Shown one piece after another: positions 26,527 through 38,048 of a stretch of DNA of 64,000 nucleotides (the stretch's first letter is position 1; each line of letters begins with the position of its first letter). Source of the stretch: a virus. The translations under genes were made by a program, and so were the position numbers. The stretch spans positions 45,820 to 109,819 of IMG/VR virus record IMGVR_UViG_3300044647_001247; one strand, 5' to 3'. The notes below the pieces were generated by a model that was not told the origin of the DNA, made no database searches, and was given only the letters and a program-made list of their open reading frames with translations.

Positions 26527-29500
26527 ATGAATAAGTGTAGTATAAGTATACAGATTTTTGCCAATTTTACTAAGCAACTGTTAGCTCAAGATGCTAAGTA
26601 TAAAAACTTTGCTGAAGTTGCAACGTTTATTATCAAGCGTCCTGGACAACCTGATAGTGTAAAGATGGTTGCTCTTAAAGGACTTGCTAAGATATATGAT
26701 CAGCTGGCTAAAAAAGACCAGACCTTTAGCTTTTCTGCAGATGACAGCAAAATCATTGATGTAGATTTGGAAAAAGATGATTTAGAAACACAGTTTAAAA
26801 ACATTGCTGCTAACTACCAAGTACGTCCTTCAGCTCCTCTTTCTATAGATACTATCAAGAATGATATAAAAAATCTTTCTTCTCTTCCAGTTTTGCAATT
26901 GCAGGACGCTGTTACTAAAATCGTAAAAGACATAGCTGCTCTTGCCAAAACTAATTTTCGTAAGAGTGCAGACGACATGGTTAAAATCATTGGTGAGCTT
27001 TATGATAGAGCTATTACTGAGCTAGATAAAAATACAGCAGTGAGTCCTATTATTCGGAACTCACTTACACAGCTTCTTAATACCGAAAAGAATATTGCTA
27101 CAGAAGCTGCCAGTGATTATATTCCTTTAAAGAATACAATATACGGGGATACTAAAATCATAGTCAAGAAAGACGGTGGAATATTTGAAGTTTTAAGAGA
27201 CACTACTGGAAAATATATTGACATTAATTCATCAGATAGTTCAGAAGTAATATTTGATAGATCTGTTGGAGATCAGTTATTTAATCTTAGAGTGGACAGT
27301 TCACCTTTTGTAGGTGGTAACGATGGCACTCAATATATATTTTCTCACAATGAGTTGAGAAATGGTATGACCTTACGTGATCGTACCGGGAAAGTTATAA
27401 CTAACCAATTGCTTAGTTTTGATAATCCACTTTCTGCTCTTGAAGTGGTAGCTTCCCGTACAGAAATACAACGTAACCAAGACCGCATTAGTAGAATTCG
27501 TTCAGAAATACCTACACGTACTCTTGAAACACAAGAGGTAGTCTCACAACAAAAAGCTTTGCTAGCAGGTAATCCTGTGCTTAGTGTATTTTCTCCTTTA
27601 GAAGGTGCACAAATACAGTTTCGTATTCCAGGGCAGCAAGGAGCTATGATATTATATGGTATAGATAACTATGCTATTATCTATCCTGATAATCGTACAG
27701 TGGCTGTAGACTTTTCTGAGACTCAGAAACAACTTATTTTAAAGCTTGCCCGCAAGAATACTACTAATGAAAATGGAATAAATGTAACAGAACCTATTAC
27801 AGAAGAAGACTTTTATAATCTGAAAGCCAGTTATGAAAAATTTAAAGATTTTAAGAAAGCTGTACAAGAAATCCTTGATCAAAATAAAAACCAATCTGAA
27901 ATTATTTTACCACAAGCTTTAGTTACTGCTTATATTAATCTTGCCCGTACTGGTGAAGCTATTGCTGTTGCACCCAGTGCAGATCAACAAGCTAGTCTAA
28001 CTACATTGTTAAACAAAGAAGGAGGTCCTGGACAGATTAGTTTTAATGTAGTAGAAGCTTTAGATGATAATTCTTATTCTGAACCACGTCGTGTTACTAA
28101 ACCTATTATAGTAGCTAAACAAGGTGGTGTTTGGACATTTATATCAGACCTTAAGGGTAATGAGATGGTTGCTGTTGATCGTGATGATAGAAAAGAATAT
28201 ATGTCTTTTTCTGATTATATGCAAAATGAACTTAAAATATCTCCAGATATTAACATACAAAAGTTTCCAAGTTCTTTTGCATGGCTTTATCAGAAACCTA
28301 ATGGTAAATTACAACCTATTGCTCTTAAGTATATACCAGTAGAAAATAGTGCAGATATTGCACGACTTGCTATGGGGTTTGGTCAGTTACTAAAAAAAAT
28401 GAGTGATCCTCAAACAGAAGGACCAAAAGAACTCAGAAACTTTAACTTGAACGTCTTTGGTTTTTCTCCCTATAATCCAACAGGTGCTACAAGTTTTGCA
28501 GGTGACTTTGACGTATTTAAAGATCCAAGTGGTGAACGCAGTGTGTCTATTCAGATTCGTCCTATGACTATGAACTGGAGCCAAGTACCTCGGGATGTAA
28601 GAAAGGCTTTAACTGTATATATAGATGTTCCTGTTATGACTGCTTTTTTAAAAGTGGTACGTATAGCTGCAGAAATACCTGCATTTAAATCACAGAAAAA
28701 TGACCTTAATACAGCGGCTGGTAAAAATGCTTTGGTAAAATTTATAGATGAAGATCCCCAGCTTCGTAAACAACTTATGAGTGCTTATGAAGATATTAAT
28801 ACACACCTCTATCGTAAGTTTCAGTCTATAGGTGAAAAACTTACTAAGACTTCTTATAATGGCGAGTTTGATATACCTAAGATTTACACACTGATGGAAA
28901 ATGAAAAAAGTGATCTTAGTGGAAGATGGAAGCTTAAAATAAAAGATCGTCAAACTGGTAATGATGTAACTAACTTTAACAACTATCGTAGCATGACTAC
29001 GGAAGAAGTGTTTACATTTGGTGGTATTCAGGCTGTGTTTGCAGGACCAAACGTTTCTGCTATACAGACAGTTAATAAACCAGCTCCAGTAACACAAAAT
29101 CCTGCTAACAACACTACAGCAGATAATGTTCCTGGTACTGCTGGAACTATAGAGATAGATCTTAATTTTGAAGATGGTGCTTTTGAACTTGCTATGGATA
29201 CTGAACTTTTCCAAGCATATCAAGCAGGGCAGTTTCAGCAAGAACTAGATTGGATTAAAGCAAATCTACCAAAAGAAATCAGCGTAGAAGACCTAGCTGA
29301 TATTATGGATAATCTTAAAGCTGAAGGTCGTGTACTTGGTTATTTTAGAGACCGAGTTATCTATCTCAATGAACAGCTTTCTGGTAGAGGATCAGGATAT
29401 CATGAAGCATTCCATGGTGTGTTTAGAAAACTAATGGATGCTTCTACTCGTGATCGTTACTTAAAACTTACCAAAGAAAAAATAGGAGCTGTTTCTAAAG

Positions 29501-32500
29501 AGCAGATTCAAGAATTCCGTCAAAGACGTTCTCTTTATCATTTATCTAATGCTCAGGTTATAGATCGTATAGCAGAAGAATATTTAGCTGATAAATTTAA
29601 AGCATATAAGTTAGAAGGTCGTGGTGCTCAGGAAGGTTGGCTAAATAAGCTAATGAACTTAATAGATAGTATCATTCGTTTTTTTAACAAAAATTATAAA
29701 GAAATAGATAACCTGTTTCAAAGAATTGATACAGGATTCTATAAGAATGCAAAGATTGTAGGTGAGTTTAAGGAAGGTGCGTTTGAAATGCTATCTACCC
29801 GTAGTACACTAGTAACAGGTCCTACAGGAAAAGCTATACAAAGAAAGAACTTTCTTAATAAAATTGACCAAGCACAGTTGATAAATAGACTAGCTGAACT
29901 AACTTCTTTTTCAGTAGGTAAAAACTTTGAAGAAAAGTTTGCAGGAGCTCGTAAAGAGCTAATAGCAGAAATGAACATAGATAACCTAATTGCTCAAAAT
30001 CCTTCTGAAGAATTAGCTATTCGTACACGTTATGAATCCATTCTTCAGGATAAACTTTATACTCTAGGTGTACCTGTATCTATGATTAATGAAACAGGTA
30101 ATGTTACTATGGATCAGAACTTAAATTTAATACAAAAGGATCCTGTACAGCTAGCAGCTTATAATAAGCAGCAAGCTGATACATTAAAGTCTTTAAAGCA
30201 ACAAGTTAGTCAAAAGATAAACAACATTTCTATATCAAACATATACTTTGATCCCGACGCTATGCTGAATGAAGAAGAGTTTGATGAAGATGATCTAGGT
30301 GATGAAACAAATTATGAAGATAGCTTTGTAAACATAAATACTTTGGACGGCTTGAGCCGTCAGTTTCGTTCATTTTTTGGTCTAATTTCTTATATTCATA
30401 CAGACGATCTGGGAGTACAAACCACCCGTATGGTAGATGGAGCTACAGTTTTTGATACCATGATGAAAATCTTAGCTGACACACCTGTAGAAAAGATGAT
30501 GTCTCGTATGGAAGAAACTCTAGAAAAAATGCTAGAGTCTGATAACATGGTAGCATATGATCGTCTTAATGCAGTGTGGGATAAGATGAAAAAATACTTT
30601 GGTCTTAATGAAAATAATCAACCTACACGTAATACAAATCTTTATAATCAGTTTATTGATGTATTTAATGTAGCAGATCTATCTACAGATGTATACTATG
30701 TAAACACTCGTAATGATTCTTCTAGTCTTAGAGTTATTGATGCCACTATACAAAATGATATTAATCAGTATTATGAAAAGTTAAGAAGAAAGTATGAGAA
30801 TGGTTTTATGAAAAAGTCTACCAAAGATCGTGAAGATATTCTTCGTGTATCCAAAGCTATTCTTAAAACTGAAGTGACTGTACCAACAGACCTTGGTAGT
30901 CAAAGTTATAATTCAATAAAAGCTAAAGCAAAAAAAGTACACAAGGCTCTTAATGATATAGGTATTATATTACCTCTGCATACCGTTATTTACTCTTTAA
31001 TTGCAATTGATGTAAAAGAAAATAAAGTAGAGTTAAAACCTAAAAGTAAATCTTTAAAGCAATACATATTAGATCAAGAACTTATTAATACAGGAGCTTA
31101 TCTTGATAAAGATTTTTTTGATAAAATTGTTAGATATGTAGATGAAAATACAAATATTTTTGATAAGTCTGTAGATAAAGATGTTGCTACAGAAGGAACT
31201 CTTGGTCTTACTGACTTAGAAAAGAATCAGCTTCGTTTAAAGAAAAGAGGACTGGGTTTAATTAATTCTGTACTAAAAAAGACAGGACGTTATGTTGTTA
31301 AGTATGATCTTGATACTGTAGTGTCTGTATTTCGTAATGCAGAAGGTAAAAATGTTTATCGTTATGTACGTAAAAGTCCACCATTATTAATAGCACAGTC
31401 ATTGAGAGAAAAAGGATGGCAAGATACTTATTCTGATTTTTCAACTGTTGCTAAGTTCTTACAAGACAACCCACTTACAGCTAATAAGCCTGAAAATTTG
31501 CTCTACTTACAAAACATTGAGCTTAGAAGTTTTGGTGGAGCTCGTCAAACACTTAAAGGTGTAGAACGAGATGGTGTTACAGCTAAGACTATTGATACAG
31601 CAGGTTACTATCTAAGCTATGTCCTGATGTCTATGAACCGTAAAACAACTATAAATAATAACGCTGCTATTACAACTTTTTCTAGGATGCTTACTCAAAA
31701 TGAAGCTTCTAATACTATATATATGATACCAAATCTATATAAAAGAATGGTAACAAATAATGGATATATAGTTGAAAATAAAGAAAATATAGTGGTTAAA
31801 GGTTTTGTAGACGTTATCAAACAAGAATACCAGCGTATACAAAGAGAATGGACTACACGTAAAGATCAGAATAAAGAAAAATTTAATAATTATAATGCTG
31901 TTTTAAATCCTGATGGATCTGTAAACACAGAAGATCCATCTTTGCGTGCGTACAACTTTAATATGCTTGCTGATTTTTTTGAGTTTAATAATCTTGCATC
32001 TAAAACATCTAATCCACTACGTGCTGATATCCGCAATCAACTTATACAAAGTGCAAAAGATGGAATAAAGTTTGATAAGCTTGATATTGGTTTACTGCAG
32101 CGTGAACTTCTTAATTATGCAGAAGAAAAGTTTACTGCTCATTTAAACATACTAAAGTCTTACAAACTAGTTGAAGAAAATGAACAGACTAGTGAACTTA
32201 TGAGCCGTCTTATTCCTGATAGTTACACCGTTGATGGTACAACTGTAAGTATTGAATCAGAGGATTCTAATCTAGAGTCTTATCTAAAAGATGTCTATTT
32301 TAACGTATTTATAAACAACTTGCAGGTGTCACAGTTTTTTGATGGTGATATAGCAATGGGTGTTAAAAACTTTGCTGACTACTTTAAGCGTCAGAAAATG
32401 AACGTTGCTGCTGGACCTTCTATGAAGAGTGGTAATCATACTGTAGCATATGTAGATGAAATTACTGTTCTTATTAATGATAACAATCTTGAAGAAGGGC

Positions 32501-35500
32501 AGTATGACGAGAATGATGAAATGCCTGAAGGATTTATAAATCGTTCACAAAAAGTCAAAAGTTTTGATGGTCAGTCTGTTACAACAATAGAACATCGTAT
32601 TGAACAATATCGTAAACAGGGAAGACTTGTTGATAATGCAGAAGAGCAAAAATCTGTAGAAGAGATTCTTAAAGCTAGCCGTTACAGTAAACTTACTGAA
32701 GAAGAAGTAGACTTCTTGAGAAGTAACAAGGTAGTGCTTGGACCAAAGAAAACAGTAACGGGTGCTTTAGTATACTATCATAAACAAGCAGAACACGTTT
32801 TGTTTCGTACAGATAGTTCTTATATGGTTGTACCAGATGGAATGACGCGTGCTCAGGTTGAAAAAAGACTAGCAGAATTATATAATCAAACTGACATTCT
32901 CCGGTCCAAGCTTCGTAATGCAGATACATATGATATCACAGCAGAGGGAGGTGTGCAATTTATAGAAGATCAGCTTCGTGATGTTTACTCTCAAATCCAT
33001 AGATATTGGGAACCATTACCAAATCGTGCTGCTCATCACTATATGCTTAATTCTATGGAATTTAATGATATTGACCAGCTTATGGATCTCACTTCTTCTA
33101 AAAAAGCTACATTACTTCCTACAAAAGTTAACAGTGGTGCTATTACTGATCTCAGTAAATCTAAACTTTTAGTACCAAATATTTATAAGTTTGATCAGGT
33201 AGAAACTTCTAAAGTTTCTACAGATATTAGTTCTACTACACAGCTTCAACATCTGATAGATACAGATATTAATCTTGATGATAAAGAAGTTGACTCTAAT
33301 TTAAAAGATGCTATTCTGCAATATCGTAAGTTAACTGGTAGACTATCTCAAGTAGGTCTTGACAGACTAAATAACATCATTAAAGATGAAAATGGTAATG
33401 TAGAAGTACGTGAGATTATCCGTAGTATGAGAGATGGTCTTGAAACTCAGGGAGCTGATAGTAACACTTTAAAGTTCTTTGAGATAAGAGATGATCAGCC
33501 TGTACACAACATTAATCTTCCTTTGTTGAAGAAGATGTTTACTTATTACTACTTTGCTTTTTATTCTAATAATGTATTTAGTAAACGTCAAAGTGGTAGA
33601 AAAGATTATATAGTTACTAGCTGGGGATATAAACTTATTGAAAATCGTACTACTGGTGAAGTTATTAAAAGTGATGAGATTGCAAAAAATCCACAAAAGT
33701 ATAATGACACTTCTAAATATAAGCTTCGCTACCCTGGTGTAAAGTATGATAAAGTTAACAACCGTTACATTGTAGAAGTTATGGTTCCTCGTCCGTATTT
33801 TAAGAACCAGGAAGAGATTGAACTTTTTGAACGTAAACTTAGTGAGTTTTTATCTACACGTATTCCAACAGAAGATAAACGTTCTATGATTGTAGCTAAA
33901 GTTGTAGATTTTATTGATGGAGCTTACCAAAATACTATTGTTATACCACAGCTTATTCACGTACTTTCAGGTTCTGACCTTGACATTGACTCTTTATATT
34001 CTCATACGTTTGCTACTTATGAAGACTTTAACGGTAAGCAAAAAGTATATGGTGAGGCAAACACTCCTAAAGAACAGTTTGTAGAATATTTACAAAGTAT
34101 GATGCAAGATGAAACACTAGCCTCACTTATAAAAGTAGAATTAGATAAAGTGTATAAAGAAAAAATCACTGATGTTCCTGAATCTTTACAAGATTTAGCA
34201 GAAGATTTAAATTTACCTTTTTACAATTACACTAAAGAACAGTGGATGGCTGCTTTAGATGAACTCAGAATACAACGTAACAATATATATGAGCAGGTGC
34301 AGTCTACAAAAGAAAAGCGTAAGCAGACTCAAGAGATTTATGAAAAAGTAAAAGCTGAAAATGAACAAATGGTTCAGCAAATTACTGATAGTCTCAAAGC
34401 TTTTTTAAAAGAGCAAGACATAAAAACTACTCCAGATAAATTTGCTGAATTACTTTGGGAACAGACAGCTATAATGAAATCTAATTTCCGTGAGCAGGGT
34501 GATCTTCGTGTTTCTTTAGAAAAAATGAATAGCCGTATTAAAGATAGTTATGAAAATATAGCTACAGCTAATAAAAGAATTACTAATTCATCTAATGAAT
34601 TACAACGTATTAGTAGATTGATGAAAGTTTTAGCCACTTTGAACATACTTGCTCGAAAAAATATGCCTATTACAGCAAAACAGTATGCTAAAGAAGTTTC
34701 TAAAAAAGGATCACTTGTTCCTGAAACATTGCAAAATGATCTACTTCAGGTCAAGATAGATATACTTAGTAATCCTTATACATTTAAAAAATTATATATA
34801 CAAGAACGTTCTGATATATCTAGGTTTGAAAATATAGCAGTGGCTATGAAAAAAAGTATTAAAGATGTTATTAATAAAAATAATATTTTTTCACCAGATG
34901 GTATCATTGGATCTCGTGATATGGTTAAAAGTTCTGGTGCAGGTATTGGTATAGCAGCTAACGTTAATAAGTTTGCAGCTTTTGCTTCTAAGAAAGGCTT
35001 GAAGCTAAGTAATCCTATATGGAATGTTAACGGTAAAAACTATTCAGACTTTACAGCTGATAGTGAAAACCGGCCGATATCAGACATTGGTAATGCATTA
35101 GGTATGCAGGCAGATGCTAAAAGTAATCCTATTCCTGCTGTACTTAATCTTAATGAAGTTAGTTTACCTATCACACTAGTTATGATTGCACAAAAGCTTC
35201 CTTTAGAGATGGCTATTACAATCAATTCTGTACCACTTATATATAAAGTGATACAACGTGTTATGGAAGAAAAACGTGAAATACGTACAATAGCAGATTT
35301 GTTTAACAAACGTAGTCTTACAAGCATTGCTCGTGATGAGATGAGTGAGGCCATTGAAAAACTTAAAGAAGATGGTTTGCAGGCAGAGCTTTTTGAAGTA
35401 GATGATGAACAAAACATTATCTATGATATGGCTGGTAATCCTAAATTTAAAACTGATTTGTTTTTAGATTATGACTTTAATTATACTCCCACAGATAGAT

Positions 35501-38031
35501 CTTCCGCTGAAGACTTTGGTTTTAAACTTAACAACAAACTGGGTATTCCATTGTCAGATGATTCTACACAAGTTTATTTGCTGCATAAATATATTCAGAC
35601 AAGTAATCTAAACAATGATGTATTTGCTTTAGGTTCTATCTTAAACTTGTATAAAAAACTTAAACCAAGTTGGAAGTCTGTAGACCGGACATTAAAGAAT
35701 TATGCTTATCTAACTGGTGTACTTACAGAGAAGAGTCAGTTTGCTAATATTGAGGAGATTCTAAAAAACTCTCCAGAGTTTAAACCTTTAATACAAGGTT
35801 TAAAAGAACTTTCTGAAAATGCTGAAGTTATTCTTATAGAGCGTCATCCTGTAATGAAAGCTATTGATGATACTATTAAAGGAGGTTTACAAGCATTTAA
35901 TTTAGATGAACAAGTAGAACAAAGAATCACGGATCAAATTACTAAATACTTTATTATTAACAAGTTTCGTCAGCAAACAGAAACAGAGCTTAATGAAGAA
36001 TTACTTAAACCTACTCCTAATCTTCTTGTTGTACAGTCACTTAAAACTGCTCTTGAAATGTTTAATGCTGATTTTTGGAAAGGAGAACCTACAAATGCAG
36101 ATGTTACTTCTATAGAGCAGGACTTTCAATATCTTAAAGATAATCATGAGGGTAATCCTTTTGTAGACTATTTAAAAGAGCGTACACGTCAAGGAATAAG
36201 TTTTATTGAAGCTCTTAGTAGAATGAAACTTGAAAAGGAGTATGCAGAAAATGTTAATGATGGATTTTTACTATTGCAGAATTCACCTGATACTCGTAGT
36301 AAACTTATAGCTCGTAAACTATTTCACTATACACTTGTAAAAGATGGACTAGGGTATGGTTCAAATACTTTTATCAATTATATAAACCCGCAGGATCCAC
36401 AAACATTTGAGAAAATATCCAAGTATTTGAATGAGTTTCAAACAACTTTGGTTGAGTTTAACAAGAAGAATCGTGTTCTTATACAAAAAGGTAAAGCAGA
36501 AAGTTATTACAAAAAGTTCAATGATTTGCTTAATGACTTCTTTGGTAAGAAAGCTGATTTGAATGTATACATGAGTTCTATCATTAACCGTATAGGACTT
36601 TACGCTGGCAACAATGACATTATGGTTAAGAGTCGTATGGCACTTATCAAAAGTAAGAAAAGCCGATTTGCAGGTATAGAGCCTGCGTTGATAATGGAAG
36701 AGATGAAATACTTACTTCCTGATACACATGCTCTCACTCCTAAAGATGTTTATACAGAGCTGGAAGAGAATCCAGAGAATATTGAGTTTTGGTTGCCTAC
36801 TTCTAAAGAAACTGGTATAGGTAAACTTGTAATAGATACCGCTAAAACCTATTCTAATATTTCTAATATTATTCTTTCTCAAATGAATGTTCGCCAGGGT
36901 GCACAATTTAATGGCGATGATGGTAAAACTCAGACTTATGTGTTTCCACTGTTTGTAAAGAATAACTTTGGTCAAATACTACGTTTAACAGAAGTGGATG
37001 GTGCACGCCTTAGTGAGAAAGTTATTAACAATCTTACTTCAAAACTTCAGGGAAAATCTTATAATGACAGTGTATCTGGTGTTCGTGCTACTTATATAGT
37101 GGCTGAACAAGAAGGTACTGATAGTATTCTTAATCTTGGATTTAGTGAGCAAGAAGCTCGTGAACTTTACAAGTTTGCACAGGAAGATAACGACAATCAA
37201 TTTTTGGATATAAGTATTACTGCTAAATTTGATCAAGTACTTCAAAAACTACGTAATGTTTATAAGGTAGAGCCCAAACGTCTTAATTTATTAGCTCGTA
37301 TTGTTAAGAGTGAAGTGATGAATAGTGCTGCCATTACATTTGAAAAGCAAAAGAATAATTTGTTTTATATTGACTACACAGTAGATACAAAAGATCGTGG
37401 TCCTGTACAACGTAAACTTTATCTTCGTCCAAGTGTTACTGATCCTTTAAGTATTACTATAGAAATGAGGGAACGTGAAATAGTAACTGGAATAGAAACT
37501 TTGGTACAGCTTGAAGATAATATGCGTGAGTTTCCTGCAGTAGAGATTGAATTTGTAAAACGTGGTAAGCAATTCCGTGGACCTAGGGTTACAAAGCCAG
37601 CTAATCCTATCACTAAAGAAATGGTAGCTGAAGTGGTAAAAAATTATCAAGTTCCACAAGATAGAAAGCTTAAAACAAAATTAACATTTACTATATTTGC
37701 AGATACTCAGTGGAATCTTCTAAAAGAAAATCTTAATCTAGATAAACTTGTTCAGATATTTAATGATGTACATACTATTTCAGTAAATCAACAAGCTCCT
37801 ATACAAGAATCTTCTAGTGCTTTTTCTTCATTTACTATTCCAGCTGGTTTTGTATTACGTCCTAATGCTCCTGATATAAAAGCTTATATTTCTCAAATGC
37901 GTAAAGTTAGTGATAAGAGTGAAACTGAGCTTATAGAAATGTATAAGAAGATTAATCTTATTGCTACTTCTACTAGAGATATAAATGATGTAAGAAAGGA
38001 TAAAGATTCTGGTGATTGTATTATTTTATAA
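26527..38031 (+). CDS. virion RNA polymerase (crAss-type, single-chain two-barrel) fused to a zincin-like domain
   Basis: RIPTEDKRSM...GSDLDIDSLY (DxDxD at 33976-33990), FDGQS and DYFKR motifs, and HEAFH (29401-29415) with downstream AEEYLAD. Confidence 0.9.
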   Translation: MNKCSISIQIFANFTKQLLAQDAKYKNFAEVATFIIKRPGQPDSVKMVALKGLAKIYDQLAKKDQTFSFSADDSKIIDVDLEKDDLETQFKNIAANYQVRPSAPLSIDTIKNDIKNLSSLPVLQLQDAVTKIVKDIAALAKTNFRKSADDMVKIIGELYDRAITELDKNTAVSPIIRNSLTQLLNTEKNIATEAASDYIPLKNTIYGDTKIIVKKDGGIFEVLRDTTGKYIDINSSDSSEVIFDRSVGDQLFNLRVDSSPFVGGNDGTQYIFSHNELRNGMTLRDRTGKVITNQLLSFDNPLSALEVVASRTEIQRNQDRISRIRSEIPTRTLETQEVVSQQKALLAGNPVLSVFSPLEGAQIQFRIPGQQGAMILYGIDNYAIIYPDNRTVAVDFSETQKQLILKLARKNTTNENGINVTEPITEEDFYNLKASYEKFKDFKKAVQEILDQNKNQSEIILPQALVTAYINLARTGEAIAVAPSADQQASLTTLLNKEGGPGQISFNVVEALDDNSYSEPRRVTKPIIVAKQGGVWTFISDLKGNEMVAVDRDDRKEYMSFSDYMQNELKISPDINIQKFPSSFAWLYQKPNGKLQPIALKYIPVENSADIARLAMGFGQLLKKMSDPQTEGPKELRNFNLNVFGFSPYNPTGATSFAGDFDVFKDPSGERSVSIQIRPMTMNWSQVPRDVRKALTVYIDVPVMTAFLKVVRIAAEIPAFKSQKNDLNTAAGKNALVKFIDEDPQLRKQLMSAYEDINTHLYRKFQSIGEKLTKTSYNGEFDIPKIYTLMENEKSDLSGRWKLKIKDRQTGNDVTNFNNYRSMTTEEVFTFGGIQAVFAGPNVSAIQTVNKPAPVTQNPANNTTADNVPGTAGTIEIDLNFEDGAFELAMDTELFQAYQAGQFQQELDWIKANLPKEISVEDLADIMDNLKAEGRVLGYFRDRVIYLNEQLSGRGSGYHEAFHGVFRKLMDASTRDRYLKLTKEKIGAVSKEQIQEFRQRRSLYHLSNAQVIDRIAEEYLADKFKAYKLEGRGAQEGWLNKLMNLIDSIIRFFNKNYKEIDNLFQRIDTGFYKNAKIVGEFKEGAFEMLSTRSTLVTGPTGKAIQRKNFLNKIDQAQLINRLAELTSFSVGKNFEEKFAGARKELIAEMNIDNLIAQNPSEELAIRTRYESILQDKLYTLGVPVSMINETGNVTMDQNLNLIQKDPVQLAAYNKQQADTLKSLKQQVSQKINNISISNIYFDPDAMLNEEEFDEDDLGDETNYEDSFVNINTLDGLSRQFRSFFGLISYIHTDDLGVQTTRMVDGATVFDTMMKILADTPVEKMMSRMEETLEKMLESDNMVAYDRLNAVWDKMKKYFGLNENNQPTRNTNLYNQFIDVFNVADLSTDVYYVNTRNDSSSLRVIDATIQNDINQYYEKLRRKYENGFMKKSTKDREDILRVSKAILKTEVTVPTDLGSQSYNSIKAKAKKVHKALNDIGIILPLHTVIYSLIAIDVKENKVELKPKSKSLKQYILDQELINTGAYLDKDFFDKIVRYVDENTNIFDKSVDKDVATEGTLGLTDLEKNQLRLKKRGLGLINSVLKKTGRYVVKYDLDTVVSVFRNAEGKNVYRYVRKSPPLLIAQSLREKGWQDTYSDFSTVAKFLQDNPLTANKPENLLYLQNIELRSFGGARQTLKGVERDGVTAKTIDTAGYYLSYVLMSMNRKTTINNNAAITTFSRMLTQNEASNTIYMIPNLYKRMVTNNGYIVENKENIVVKGFVDVIKQEYQRIQREWTTRKDQNKEKFNNYNAVLNPDGSVNTEDPSLRAYNFNMLADFFEFNNLASKTSNPLRADIRNQLIQSAKDGIKFDKLDIGLLQRELLNYAEEKFTAHLNILKSYKLVEENEQTSELMSRLIPDSYTVDGTTVSIESEDSNLESYLKDVYFNVFINNLQVSQFFDGDIAMGVKNFADYFKRQKMNVAAGPSMKSGNHTVAYVDEITVLINDNNLEEGQYDENDEMPEGFINRSQKVKSFDGQSVTTIEHRIEQYRKQGRLVDNAEEQKSVEEILKASRYSKLTEEEVDFLRSNKVVLGPKKTVTGALVYYHKQAEHVLFRTDSSYMVVPDGMTRAQVEKRLAELYNQTDILRSKLRNADTYDITAEGGVQFIEDQLRDVYSQIHRYWEPLPNRAAHHYMLNSMEFNDIDQLMDLTSSKKATLLPTKVNSGAITDLSKSKLLVPNIYKFDQVETSKVSTDISSTTQLQHLIDTDINLDDKEVDSNLKDAILQYRKLTGRLSQVGLDRLNNIIKDENGNVEVREIIRSMRDGLETQGADSNTLKFFEIRDDQPVHNINLPLLKKMFTYYYFAFYSNNVFSKRQSGRKDYIVTSWGYKLIENRTTGEVIKSDEIAKNPQKYNDTSKYKLRYPGVKYDKVNNRYIVEVMVPRPYFKNQEEIELFERKLSEFLSTRIPTEDKRSMIVAKVVDFIDGAYQNTIVIPQLIHVLSGSDLDIDSLYSHTFATYEDFNGKQKVYGEANTPKEQFVEYLQSMMQDETLASLIKVELDKVYKEKITDVPESLQDLAEDLNLPFYNYTKEQWMAALDELRIQRNNIYEQVQSTKEKRKQTQEIYEKVKAENEQMVQQITDSLKAFLKEQDIKTTPDKFAELLWEQTAIMKSNFREQGDLRVSLEKMNSRIKDSYENIATANKRITNSSNELQRISRLMKVLATLNILARKNMPITAKQYAKEVSKKGSLVPETLQNDLLQVKIDILSNPYTFKKLYIQERSDISRFENIAVAMKKSIKDVINKNNIFSPDGIIGSRDMVKSSGAGIGIAANVNKFAAFASKKGLKLSNPIWNVNGKNYSDFTADSENRPISDIGNALGMQADAKSNPIPAVLNLNEVSLPITLVMIAQKLPLEMAITINSVPLIYKVIQRVMEEKREIRTIADLFNKRSLTSIARDEMSEAIEKLKEDGLQAELFEVDDEQNIIYDMAGNPKFKTDLFLDYDFNYTPTDRSSAEDFGFKLNNKLGIPLSDDSTQVYLLHKYIQTSNLNNDVFALGSILNLYKKLKPSWKSVDRTLKNYAYLTGVLTEKSQFANIEEILKNSPEFKPLIQGLKELSENAEVILIERHPVMKAIDDTIKGGLQAFNLDEQVEQRITDQITKYFIINKFRQQTETELNEELLKPTPNLLVVQSLKTALEMFNADFWKGEPTNADVTSIEQDFQYLKDNHEGNPFVDYLKERTRQGISFIEALSRMKLEKEYAENVNDGFLLLQNSPDTRSKLIARKLFHYTLVKDGLGYGSNTFINYINPQDPQTFEKISKYLNEFQTTLVEFNKKNRVLIQKGKAESYYKKFNDLLNDFFGKKADLNVYMSSIINRIGLYAGNNDIMVKSRMALIKSKKSRFAGIEPALIMEEMKYLLPDTHALTPKDVYTELEENPENIEFWLPTSKETGIGKLVIDTAKTYSNISNIILSQMNVRQGAQFNGDDGKTQTYVFPLFVKNNFGQILRLTEVDGARLSEKVINNLTSKLQGKSYNDSVSGVRATYIVAEQEGTDSILNLGFSEQEARELYKFAQEDNDNQFLDISITAKFDQVLQKLRNVYKVEPKRLNLLARIVKSEVMNSAAITFEKQKNNLFYIDYTVDTKDRGPVQRKLYLRPSVTDPLSITIEMREREIVTGIETLVQLEDNMREFPAVEIEFVKRGKQFRGPRVTKPANPITKEMVAEVVKNYQVPQDRKLKTKLTFTIFADTQWNLLKENLNLDKLVQIFNDVHTISVNQQAPIQESSSAFSSFTIPAGFVLRPNAPDIKAYISQMRKVSDKSETELIEMYKKINLIATSTRDINDVRKDKDSGDCIIL

Positions 38032-38048
38032 ACCTACCAAATATTAAT

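Noticed and set aside
38017-38028. RNAP ends in CIIL, a perfect eukaryotic CaaX prenylation box
   Set aside because: All context points to a bacterial host, and the sibling terminus VCNI is not CaaX. The paired terminal-Cys pattern explains it better.
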